The notes beneath the pieces were generated by a model. The model had not been told where the DNA came from, made no database searches, and worked only from the letters and a program-made list of their open reading frames with translations. Shown here piece after piece: positions 1-7,643 of a stretch of 11,845 nucleotides of DNA; within the stretch, counting starts at the first letter, position 1; each line of letters begins with the position of its first letter. Position numbers and translations under genes: made by a program. Where the stretch lies: IMG/VR virus record IMGVR_UViG_2541047885_000017, positions 1-11,845 of that record; one strand, given 5' to 3'. The DNA is from a virus (Duplodnaviria; Heunggongvirae; Uroviricota; Caudoviricetes).

Positions 1-162
1 AGTTTGCTCCTGCCATAACGTGAAGAAGCAATGACCTGGTGGTCCGTGACTTCCCTACGCTGGCATTATCCAGATCAGGTGATACGGGTATTTCTTACTA
101 ATTTTTGTTATCAGTTGATAATTAATAAGTTTTTCAGCATACAAGAATTAAAAACCTCAAAA

Positions 163-187
163 CTGACCACACAACTGACCACACATT
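163..187. repeat. Tandem direct repeat, two copies of a 12-13 bp unit (AACTGACCACACA)
   Basis: Read directly: aactgaccacaca at 163-175 is followed immediately by actgaccacaca at 176-187. Function unknown; it lies in the non-coding end beyond the large terminase gene. Confidence 0.5.
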
Positions 188-451
188 TTGTTGAAGCTCT
201 ACGAACAACGACGAACAATAACAAACAAAAGGGAAATTTGCTGGCAGTTTTGCTTAACCGTTATCATTTTTCGGCTATCCGTTATCAAGCTGGTGGATGA
301 TTACGGATAACCCGTTATGGAGATCCCCATATCGGCATCATGCCCACCAGCATGAAGTATTTTTCGCGGGTGTAAAAATTTGACGGGGCGGACAGTTCCA
401 TAAGTAATGGGTTGCAGGAATTTCGATCCCCATCCTGAATGCAATTTTTCG

Positions 452-632
452 TATATATATATATACAAAACAGCGCGGGTTATGCGGGTTAGCGGGTTAT
501 CTTCGCGTGCTAAGCATTTTTTACTCTTTAATATCAATACGTTAAAAAACAACGTATTTAAATATCAGCCAGAGTGTAACCCGCAAGACATTCAAAATAA
601 CCCGCAAACACCCCTCAAAAAACCCGCAAAAA
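452..632. repeat. Structured non-coding array: (TA)7 tract, three tandem GCGGGTTA, AT-rich spacer, three inverted TAACCCGCAA at about 21 bp phasing
   Basis: Read directly: (TA)7 at 452-465; GCGGGTTA at 475-482, 484-491 and 492-499; AT-rich 501-576; the reverse-complement motif TAACCCGCAA at 577-586 and 598-607, and AACCCGCAA at 621-629. The two triplets face each other across the AT-rich centre. Role (integrase arm sites, terminase binding or origin) is inferred only. Confidence 0.55.
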
Positions 633-708
633 CATCCCTGAAAGTGGGTGCCGGTAATACTGAAAATTTATTCCATTAAATGAGCATTGTCCTCTCTCAT
701 CCATTCCG

Positions 709-2370
709 TTACACACCATCAAACGCCGCAAGCCGCTCTTTGTGGCTGTCGCTCATATCAAATGCAAATTCCTCATGCTCTGCCTGGAATGTGCCAAACG
801 CCATCAGCGCCGCAACGCTCGGGTCTATCTTGTTGGATGATTTTTTCTTGTTCGGCTTGATATTGGCGTTCGCGTCACTCTGCATCACAACATTACTCAT
901 TGACCAGGCCAGCACCGGATCACCACGATGCACAATCACCTTCCGGTTAACAAAAACTTCGAACGATTTCGCCGCCGGACTGAAACGAAGGTATGTTTGC
1001 GGGAACGGCTCCACCTCAAATCCTGCCCCCTGTAGCTGCGTCCTCAGGTGCGTGGCGTTCCATGTATCGAAGCCCACCAGCCTGATATTGAAATTCTCTG
1101 CATCCGCCATGATGTCATCACGGATACGGTCATAATCAATGCAGTCACCCGGTGTTGTGCGTATCCAGCCCGCCTTTACCCACTGGCGATAGATGGCGCG
1201 GTTTTTATTGGCGGGGTTCTGTAGCTGAAATTCCGGCAGATAGTGACGGGAAACCAGCATAATCTTTTTACCGACCGGAAAGGCATAGCACACGCTGGAA
1301 ATATCGCTGGTTGATGATAAGTCCAGCCCCGCGTAGCACTCCTGCCCGTATAAATCCGCCTCCGCGAACGTTCCGGCGCACTCCGCCCATGCACCGTTAC
1401 CCATCCACGGCGTAGCCCCCTGACACCAGATATTGAATCGCTTGGTGAGCATTTCCACCCACTGCGACGGAATACCCCGCGCTTTCTGGATGGTTGAGGC
1501 CAGTTTTTCACGATCGACGGAAACATCGATATTTGGATTCGCCTTTATCCACATCGCCGGATCGTCAACCTCGCTTTCATCATCCAGCTCGTAAATCAGA
1601 ACGAACATGGATTCGTTCATCTCTTCACCATCCAGTATCTGACAGCAATAGTCATAGTGTTGTTTACAGGCTGAAACAACGTTGCTCCCCGATGTGGTGA
1701 TGGCAAATAACAGCCCCTCCGGACGCGCCCCCATCCCCATATCAAGTGCGGAATAAACCCCGTTGTCTGGGTGCAGGTGATATTCATCCACAATGGCAAG
1801 ACTCGGGTTTGTCCCCTCAATGGTTGCCGCTTTTGCTGCCAGTGGCTTTAACAGGCTGTTGGTTTTCGGGTGTATCACCTTATGCGCCTGAATATTCACC
1901 CGCCTGCGTAACGGTCGGGATAAAAGGCACATCTGACGCGCATCATCAAAGACGATCCGCGCCTGGTCACGGCTCACCGCTGCGGTGTAGATATCCTGCT
2001 GACCGTTCTCCATAATCAAAAACCAGTTAGCCAGAATCGCGGCGGTCGTGGATTTCGCATTTTTGCGCGGCACTTCGATAAAGGCGCTCGTGTATTTGCG
2101 CCGTCCGGTGGCCTTAACCTTAAAGCCGAGGATGCACGCAAAGGCGAACTGCTGCCACGGCTCCAGCTCAATGGGTCTGCCACGCATCGGCCCTTTTACG
2201 TGCGGGCACACCCTGGAAAAGGCAATAAACCGCTCCACAACCTCACGATCGAACGTGTAAAGGGGGCTTTCAAGGTCCGAAAAGTACCGTTTAACGGCCT
2301 GTTTCAGCCGTTTACAGGCCGGAATTTTGCCCGTTTTTACGTCTTCTGCGTACTTATTCCAGGCGGTCAA
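709..2370 (-). CDS. terL: Phage terminase large subunit (ATPase/nuclease)
   Basis: 553-aa ORF. N-terminus MTAWNKYAEDVKTGKIPACKRLKQAVKRYF is typical of large terminases; P-loop-like PRKNAKSTTAAILANW; length and position after the small terminase fit. Starts at a TTG codon preceded by AAGAGGA with a 5-nt spacer, and overlaps the small terminase 3' end by 17 nt. Confidence 0.9.
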   Translation of the reverse strand: MTAWNKYAEDVKTGKIPACKRLKQAVKRYFSDLESPLYTFDREVVERFIAFSRVCPHVKGPMRGRPIELEPWQQFAFACILGFKVKATGRRKYTSAFIEVPRKNAKSTTAAILANWFLIMENGQQDIYTAAVSRDQARIVFDDARQMCLLSRPLRRRVNIQAHKVIHPKTNSLLKPLAAKAATIEGTNPSLAIVDEYHLHPDNGVYSALDMGMGARPEGLLFAITTSGSNVVSACKQHYDYCCQILDGEEMNESMFVLIYELDDESEVDDPAMWIKANPNIDVSVDREKLASTIQKARGIPSQWVEMLTKRFNIWCQGATPWMGNGAWAECAGTFAEADLYGQECYAGLDLSSTSDISSVCYAFPVGKKIMLVSRHYLPEFQLQNPANKNRAIYRQWVKAGWIRTTPGDCIDYDRIRDDIMADAENFNIRLVGFDTWNATHLRTQLQGAGFEVEPFPQTYLRFSPAAKSFEVFVNRKVIVHRGDPVLAWSMSNVVMQSDANANIKPNKKKSSNKIDPSVAALMAFGTFQAEHEEFAFDMSDSHKERLAAFDGV

Positions 2371-2710
2371 GCTCGTCCTCTTCTTCTGTTTCCGGTGGAT
2401 TTTTACGGCGGCTTATCGGGTCAAAACCGAGCAAGGAGGCCATTTTTATCATCACTCTTTCAGCGTCGGATTTTGCGCTTAATGCGGGGTTTCTGCTCTC
2501 GCCGCCCTGACTGTTAACAATGCTGAACCCGCGCGCCGCAAGGTCTGCGACGGCTTTCCGGTAAATGGAGTAGTTGACACAATACAGTTCCAGATTGCTC
2601 CAGTCGGCGGGGGTCAGGTCTCCCCGTTCCGCAAGCTGCCGCGATTTTTCCCGCCACTGCTTCACGGCGATATCATCCAGGTAGGCGGGGGCTTTCGGTG
2701 GTCTTGCCAT
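2354..2710 (-). CDS. terS: Phage terminase small subunit, P27 family
   Basis: 118-aa ORF MARPPKAPAYLDD...LELYCVNYSIYRKAVADLAARG...MASLLGFDPISRRK with acidic C-terminus, matching the P27-type small terminase pattern; sits immediately upstream of terL. The sequence just upstream of the ATG is a weak Shine-Dalgarno. Confidence 0.85.
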   Translation of the reverse strand: MARPPKAPAYLDDIAVKQWREKSRQLAERGDLTPADWSNLELYCVNYSIYRKAVADLAARGFSIVNSQGGESRNPALSAKSDAERVMIKMASLLGFDPISRRKNPPETEEEDELDRLE

Positions 2711-2998
2711 GCTTATTTTTCGTCAGATTATTTTTCAAAAAATTCCCGTGCATAAAAATTTGAGGAGGTGGTCGGTGTCCGGCAGGGACGGTTTCGTCCT
2801 GAAAACCTCCCCCACCCCCTCTGACGACTTCACCAGCGATTGCGAAAACATTCCATGACCTCGCGGTCACGGTCGGTTAATCGCTTCGCTGTGGTGCGTT
2901 CTATGCGTCCTGTCCTGTTGGCTTTGTGCCCTGTCTCCTGTGTCTTCCATAAGTCACGCTGCCTTATCAGTCCACGTATCAGCCTGTTTTGCTCCTGT
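2711..2998. other. Non-coding gap between HNH and terS; candidate cos/packaging-initiation region
   Basis: 288 bp without a convincing gene in an otherwise overlapping operon. Contains an imperfect hairpin cagggacggtttcgtcctg (2783-2801), a C-rich tract cctcccccaccccctc (2807-2822) and GAGGAGG (2763-2769). Position matches where HK97-like phages carry cos (between HNH and terS in the circular map). Assignment is by analogy only. Confidence 0.3.
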
Positions 2999-3439
2999 TC
3001 AGTCATCATCGCCATACATCCAGTCGTTACGATGTGCCGCCCGTTCTTCCTGCTCGCGATACATGCCCGCCTTACGGTTCGCTTTCGTGGCTGGATCTTC
3101 CCGTGTCGTCTTACGGTTGTGGCACGTCTGGCACAATGCCTGATGGTTCCACTCAGGCCAGAAGAGAACATCACCACCGCCATTGATGGGGATAATGTGA
3201 TCCACCACAAAGGCTGGCGTATAAATACCCTCAGCCAGACAACGCACACATAACGGATTTTTTTTCAGGTACAGGGCGCGATATTTGTCCCACTGTCGGG
3301 AATACCCGCGCGCGCGGCGGTGTCCTCGTCTGGCATCCTCTGCACGCCATGCCGCCCGCCTGTGCTCCTCACACTTGCCGGACTTCACGCGCCTGTTACA
3401 GCCTGGTTCTGTGCATCGTCTTAATGGTTGCCACGGCAT
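2999..3439 (-). CDS. HNH endonuclease (terminase-associated)
   Basis: 146-aa ORF with N-terminal Cys-rich MPWQPLRRCTEPGCNRRVKSGKCEEHRR and an HNH core LCVRCLAEG...VVDHIIPINGGGDVLFWPEWNHQALCQTCHNRKT. Start overlaps the stop of the upstream connector gene by 1 nt (TGATG). Confidence 0.85.
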   Translation of the reverse strand: MPWQPLRRCTEPGCNRRVKSGKCEEHRRAAWRAEDARRGHRRARGYSRQWDKYRALYLKKNPLCVRCLAEGIYTPAFVVDHIIPINGGGDVLFWPEWNHQALCQTCHNRKTTREDPATKANRKAGMYREQEERAAHRNDWMYGDDD

Positions 3440-3735
3440 CAGTACACCCCCACATCACGATAAACCGACCAGAGCGCGGAAATCGTCAGGGGAATTTCTT
3501 TTGTATCTGTATCGCCAAGCGTTGTCCGGTACTCGTACAGTTGCGAGATGTACATCAGGCAGCCAATTTTTATTGCAGGGGTAAATTCCAGGCCATCATC
3601 AAAACGCCTACCAATATGTTTCTGACATACCTCCAGCGCCGCGCTTATGTATGCCTGAATCAGTGTGTCTTCTGTGTTACCGTCTATGCGGCAGTGAAGT
3701 TTGGCTTCTTCCAGGGTTATTTTTTCTGCTGTCAT
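3439..3735 (-). CDS. Head-tail connector protein (gp6-like, DNA-packaging/head completion)
   Basis: 98-aa ORF MTAEKITLEEAKLHCRIDGNTEDTLIQAYISAALEVCQKHIGRRF, the characteristic N-terminal pattern of gp6-like head-tail connectors. 4-nt ATGA-type overlap with the upstream gene. Confidence 0.7.
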   Translation of the reverse strand: MTAEKITLEEAKLHCRIDGNTEDTLIQAYISAALEVCQKHIGRRFDDGLEFTPAIKIGCLMYISQLYEYRTTLGDTDTKEIPLTISALWSVYRDVGVY

Positions 3736-4070
3736 TTTTCTGTACCCACCTTTGCCAGAATTTCCAGCCGGGTTCTTTTCGCATCAGGTAAGGGGATCCC
3801 GATGATATTAAGCATGCTCCCGGCAAAAGCACCGGTAAGCACTTTCAGTCGACTGGCGGCGGATATGTCGCCACGATAGCGAACCCATACCCGAATCGTT
3901 GCAGGTGCGGTTTCTGCGCCTGCGGTCAGTAATTCCCGTCCGCTGATCCCCTTGACCTCTGCCCAGATGGTTTCCCCTTCCGTCCATATCTGCCGGATCG
4001 CTCCTGACGGCAGGCGCTGCGTGATAAATGTCATAATCGTCACCCGGTCCCGCATATTTCCGGCTATCAT
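3732..4070 (-). CDS. Head-tail adaptor / head closure protein
   Basis: 112-aa ORF in the position and size range of phage head-tail joining proteins, directly after the portal. Start ATG overlaps the portal stop (ATGA). Assigned by size, context and general resemblance, not a diagnostic motif. Confidence 0.6.
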   Translation of the reverse strand: MIAGNMRDRVTIMTFITQRLPSGAIRQIWTEGETIWAEVKGISGRELLTAGAETAPATIRVWVRYRGDISAASRLKVLTGAFAGSMLNIIGIPLPDAKRTRLEILAKVGTEK

Positions 4071-5290
4071 TCGTCACCGCCCTGACTGTTCTTGCTGATT
4101 GTCACTTCCTGCTTCCATGCCTGGCTGAACTCGTCGCCACCTTCACGCGGCGGCATTCCCTCACGCTCACGGGCTTCGTTCGGATTCATGATCCCGTTCT
4201 TAATCCCTTTCTCATACGTGGCGTAACGTTCGGTAGGGGTGGCGCGTAATAAATCAGCTGAATCAAACTCAACCAAATAACGGGTACCGGGTACGGGAGA
4301 AGCCACCAGCAAAGCGGCCTTGATTTGCTGTTCGAAGTTCGCCAGCCACGGGCGCATTGTCATGGTCAGAAACGCGCGGCTTGCCTCGCTGAAATTGCTG
4401 TAGGTGCTGTTGCTGTATTCCTGCAGAAAAATAGGCGATACGTTGAACATCCGGGCGATGTCTTCAATGGAGAAGCGACGGGAGGCCAGCCATTCCGCAT
4501 CCTGGTTACTCATTCCCAGTTGCTTGTAATCCATGCCCCCTTCAAGGATTGGCGTTTTTCCGGCATTTTTCGCCCCCTTGTAGCGTTCCAGAGCATCCAA
4601 TGCCTGTTTACCTTTCACGCCGTCCAGCCATTCGCCTGACGTGATAATCCCTGCCGCCATCATGCCATCTTTCATAATGCTGGCTCCGTGGCGCTGTTGA
4701 GCAAGGCCAAGCCCAAGTGCCTCACGGCAAATCGTGACAGGGGAGCGCCCCAGAAAGCCATCATCCGAGGCATAGCGGAGATGCAGAACTTCTTCCTGTA
4801 AATACGTGCGCACCGTTCCTGTATAGGGTTCGGTGATGGTATAGCGGTATTTGTGTGCGCCTGTGCGTTCCGGTACAACACAACCCGGTGCATAAGGATG
4901 AAGTGATTTTGGCTGACCGTCCCGCCCCCACTCAATAACCGCATAGGCGTTACCGTTCAGCAGGCAGTGACGCATCATTGTGCGTTTAAACTGGTAAGGT
5001 GTCTGGCACGAATTAGGCTGCTCATTCAGCAGAATATCTACCGGATGACTGTCCAGCCATTCCCGCGCCTCCCTGCCCTTGTCATTACGTACCAGATACA
5101 GATAACAAGGCATCGTGGCCACCGCCTCAGCGATGACAGAAACCGCGTTCATCACTGCAGGCAATGATTCAGCCGTCCCGGCAGAAACATATTCTCCGGA
5201 TCCGGTATTCGGTACGCCGGCCAGCGCCAGAAAATCATCAATGGACAGGTTACGTTGCTCACTTTTTTTACGACTAAAAGGCCACCACAT
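4067..5290 (-). CDS. Phage portal protein, HK97 family
   Basis: The track ORF (4067-5380) carries a Cys-rich 30-aa N-terminal extension that overlaps the protease gene. The Met at 5290 (MWWPFSRKKSEQ...) lies 1 nt after the protease stop and gives about 407 aa, typical portal length. The assignment rests on that length and on the conserved position between prohead protease and head-tail connector genes; no diagnostic motif was identified. Confidence 0.85.
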   Translation of the reverse strand: MWWPFSRKKSEQRNLSIDDFLALAGVPNTGSGEYVSAGTAESLPAVMNAVSVIAEAVATMPCYLYLVRNDKGREAREWLDSHPVDILLNEQPNSCQTPYQFKRTMMRHCLLNGNAYAVIEWGRDGQPKSLHPYAPGCVVPERTGAHKYRYTITEPYTGTVRTYLQEEVLHLRYASDDGFLGRSPVTICREALGLGLAQQRHGASIMKDGMMAAGIITSGEWLDGVKGKQALDALERYKGAKNAGKTPILEGGMDYKQLGMSNQDAEWLASRRFSIEDIARMFNVSPIFLQEYSNSTYSNFSEASRAFLTMTMRPWLANFEQQIKAALLVASPVPGTRYLVEFDSADLLRATPTERYATYEKGIKNGIMNPNEAREREGMPPREGGDEFSQAWKQEVTISKNSQGGDE

Positions 5291-5291
5291 A

Positions 5292-5852
5292 TCACAACCC
5301 CGCCAGCTCTGCCCAGCGATGACGATTATTTCCTGCCGGGCGTAATTCAGGGTGCAGTGCAAACAACGAACGGTGGGCAATCTCCACGCCAGATTCTGGA
5401 TAAGCAGGCATCGACGTTATCGTGATTTCACGGAGTTCTGCGGCGGTAACAGTGCGCAGATACGGTTTTTGCGCGATATTCCACTCCTCGCATAATGCGC
5501 GAAAGCCAAAGCTCATTCCTGTAATGTCGCCCCGCTCCACCAGCGTAAGCACATCTTTCCCAAGCTGGGTATCCGGCGGTGTCAGTTCAAAACGTAACCC
5601 GGTGTTATCCTCAGTCAGTACCAGAGTGCCGGATTTGGTACGCCCCAGCAGTCGGGTACAGTCATGCTCATACAGGCAGCGCACATCATTACCCGCAGCC
5701 AGATAGTCAGCAAAAGCCCCCGGCGTGAACTGTTCGCGGAACTCATCCCAGATAATTTCTGAAAGGCTGTTCCAGCGAACGGCATACCCCACCAGCTTTT
5801 TATTGCTGGCGGTCAGTTCAGATGTGCGGATTTCAAAATCGGTGTTTTTCAT
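5292..5852 (-). CDS. Prohead maturation protease, HK97 family (S78-like)
   Basis: 186-aa ORF MKNTDFEIRTSELTASNKKLVGYAVRWNS...CLYEHD...GDITGMSFGF: typical length, His-containing and GxSxG-like serine motifs, and position between capsid and portal. Confidence 0.9.
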   Translation of the reverse strand: MKNTDFEIRTSELTASNKKLVGYAVRWNSLSEIIWDEFREQFTPGAFADYLAAGNDVRCLYEHDCTRLLGRTKSGTLVLTEDNTGLRFELTPPDTQLGKDVLTLVERGDITGMSFGFRALCEEWNIAQKPYLRTVTAAELREITITSMPAYPESGVEIAHRSLFALHPELRPAGNNRHRWAELAGL

Positions 5853-5906
5853 CGGTGTACTCCATAAAGCTGAAAAAGGAGGCCGCAGCCTCCTCCTTAC
5901 TCATGA

Positions 5907-7076
5907 CTAGCCAGCTTTCATTTCCAGAATTTTGATGGCGTTTGAATCCACCACACCACCGCCCAGATATTTATCCGTGTGGACCTTGTAGAATCCGGGT
6001 TCAGTAATGTTGTCCGGTCGGGTGCGAATACCCGTTACATGATCAACGATGAAATAACCACGACTGAAATCACCAACCGCGAGCGGTGCTTTTCCTGCGC
6101 CGATGTCCGGCATGGACTCCAGGCAGTAAACAGGACGACCAAGCAACATATCCGGCGCACCTTCTTTAAGGCTGTCGCGCCAGATATAATCTCCATTCTC
6201 ATTTTTCAGCTTCTGTAGTGTCCCTGCCGTGCCCGAGTTCATCACCCAGACGGCATTTTTGCGGTATTTCGCTTTCAGCTTGTAGAGAATGTCGATCAGT
6301 TCGTCCGCTGTAATGGAGGTTCCACTTGCCGCTACCATTTTTTCAATGGTGCCAAAAGCGCGGGTTTTGTCACTGGTCGCTGCACGGGTGTAAGCCATGA
6401 AGCCTTTCGGCTTGCCGTTACCGTCGCCATTAACAAAATCATCCTCTTCGGTGCTGGCGAACGTGTCGGCAATTTCGGAGGATAACCAGCCCAGAATATC
6501 CACCTCTGAAAAATCCAGGATTTCCTGCGTGGTTTTCGGGTAGGCGTAGATCGGATTCAGCTTGATGGTTACGCGTTCAATTTTCGGGGTGTTGGTTTCG
6601 CTGCGCGCGCTGCCTTCTGTGCCTCGTCCTACAGTTGCGCCGCCAGTGGAAACCAGTTTCTGAAACTCATTTGATTTTGCGGTCTTCACGGTCGCGATCA
6701 CGCGCATAACACTGTCATCCTGTAGCTGGCGCATGACTTCGCGATCAAGCTCAGGAATTACGGTATATCCGCCATCCCTGCCGCTGTCAGTGCTGGTGGA
6801 CAGTGATCGCACATCTCCGGTTACGATGTAGTTACGCAATTCATCAGATGATAATTTCTGGATGCCCGTTCCTGGCTTGCTGCGTTCTTCATCAGCCACA
6901 GACTCGAGGCGGGAAATTTCTGTGTCGAGGGAATCGGCTTTTGCACGCAGTTCATCAAACTGTTTGCCCTCGTCATCGTTCAGGCTGCGGTTTTCACTGT
7001 CGGCTTTTTCCAGCAGGGATCGCATCTGGTTTTTCAGGGCGGTTTTTTGCTGGCGGAGTTCGATTAATTTCTTCAT
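5907..7076 (-). CDS. Major capsid protein, HK97 fold, with N-terminal delta/scaffold domain
   Basis: 389-aa ORF. The first 100 or so residues are a coiled-coil-like charged region (MKKLIELRQQKTALKNQMRSLLEKADSENRSL...), as in HK97-type capsid delta domains, followed by a capsid-sized body; adjacent to the prohead protease. Confidence 0.9.
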   Translation of the reverse strand: MKKLIELRQQKTALKNQMRSLLEKADSENRSLNDDEGKQFDELRAKADSLDTEISRLESVADEERSKPGTGIQKLSSDELRNYIVTGDVRSLSTSTDSGRDGGYTVIPELDREVMRQLQDDSVMRVIATVKTAKSNEFQKLVSTGGATVGRGTEGSARSETNTPKIERVTIKLNPIYAYPKTTQEILDFSEVDILGWLSSEIADTFASTEEDDFVNGDGNGKPKGFMAYTRAATSDKTRAFGTIEKMVAASGTSITADELIDILYKLKAKYRKNAVWVMNSGTAGTLQKLKNENGDYIWRDSLKEGAPDMLLGRPVYCLESMPDIGAGKAPLAVGDFSRGYFIVDHVTGIRTRPDNITEPGFYKVHTDKYLGGGVVDSNAIKILEMKAG

Positions 7077-7270
7077 GAAGGTTTTCTCGTATTGGTTAAG
7101 ATTCAGGACGTGAAACCAACACGGAGGGAGCGCCGCCCGACACTCTCAGCATCTCGCAGATCAACCCGGCATCGCGCAGGGGGTCAGGCGGCATTGTGGC
7201 GGCTCACGTCTGAGTGCCACACGCCAACATATACATAAAAATCAGTATGTAAACATCAGCCAGAATCACC

Positions 7271-7296
7271 GAACAATCTGGAACAACCGCGAACAA
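7271..7296. promoter_or_regulatory. Three GAACAA direct repeats at exactly 10-bp phasing upstream of the capsid operon
   Basis: Read directly: GAACAA at 7271-7276, 7281-7286 and 7291-7296 (TTGTTC on the coding minus strand). They lie between the terminator and the capsid start in a 273-bp non-coding leader. A regulatory role is inferred. Confidence 0.3.
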
Positions 7297-7313
7297 ATAA
7301 TTTACAAAACCTG

Positions 7314-7340
7314 AAAAAAGACCCGGGAAAAATCCGGGCC
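7314..7340 (-). terminator. Rho-independent terminator
   Basis: Minus-strand RNA reads GGCCCGG-AUUUUUC-CCGGGUC followed by UUUUUU: a GC-rich stem of 5-7 bp, 7-nt loop and T-tract. It starts 10 nt after the stop of the 82-aa ORF and is followed by a long leader before the capsid gene. Confidence 0.6.
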
Positions 7341-7349
7341 TTTATCGCT

Positions 7350-7598
7350 TTACTGTTTCACGGGATCGCGCATTCTGCGCCTTATTTTCCACAAATATTC
7401 GATCATCGCTTCCACCTGCTCACGGTTGGTTGCGAAAATTTCCCCGGTCAGTGAGCTGCGCAGAAAATCATGATGATCCACAACAAACAACGCATCGGAA
7501 GAAAGCAGACGGCGATATTTTTTTGCTGTCGTGGTTTCCAGATCATCAAAACCATGAAACTTTTTATGTTGCTGAACTTCTTCAAATGTCACAGGCAT
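7350..7598 (-). CDS. Hypothetical protein (82 aa)
   Basis: Track ORF 7350-7637; preferred start is the internal Met at 7598 (MPVTFEEVQQHKKF...), preceded by AGGAGGA with a 5-nt spacer. No recognisable motif. Last gene before the terminator. Confidence 0.5.
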   Translation of the reverse strand: MPVTFEEVQQHKKFHGFDDLETTTAKKYRRLLSSDALFVVDHHDFLRSSLTGEIFATNREQVEAMIEYLWKIRRRMRDPVKQ

Positions 7599-7643
7599 GT
7601 TTCCTCCTGCTACCACGATACCAGAAACAGTTAACAACCGTTA

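Noticed and set aside
300-450. Possible tRNA or tmRNA 3' end serving as integration site
   Set aside because: I searched both strands of 1-700 for a T-arm-like GGTTCGANTCC motif or an acceptor/CCA-like end and found none. The nearest candidate (TTTCGATCCCC at 422-432) has no complementary T-stem.
31-679. Plus-strand ORFs 31-300 and 407-679 in the left non-coding end
   Set aside because: No ribosome-binding sites, and they run through repeat arrays and a (TA)7 tract. Translations are low-complexity with no recognisable domain. The region is better explained as non-coding att/packaging DNA.
2763-2857. Plus-strand micro-ORF (GTG at 2775, about 27 codons) preceded by a perfect GAGGAGG
   Set aside because: Too short and with no supporting context. 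The GAGGAGG is more likely part of the structured cos-region DNA; on the transcribed strand it reads as an anti-SD-like CCACCTCCTC.
2673-2870. 65-aa minus-strand ORF overlapping the terS start
   Set aside because: It overlaps the well-supported terS start in another frame and has a Gly/Pro-rich low-complexity translation, so it is likely spurious.
5291-5380. N-terminal 30 residues of the track portal ORF (MPTVRCLHCTLNYARQEIIVIAGQSWRGCD)
   Set aside because: This extension is Cys-rich and overlaps the protease gene by 89 nt. A start at the Met at 5290, 1 nt after the protease stop, fits the tight coupling seen elsewhere in the operon.
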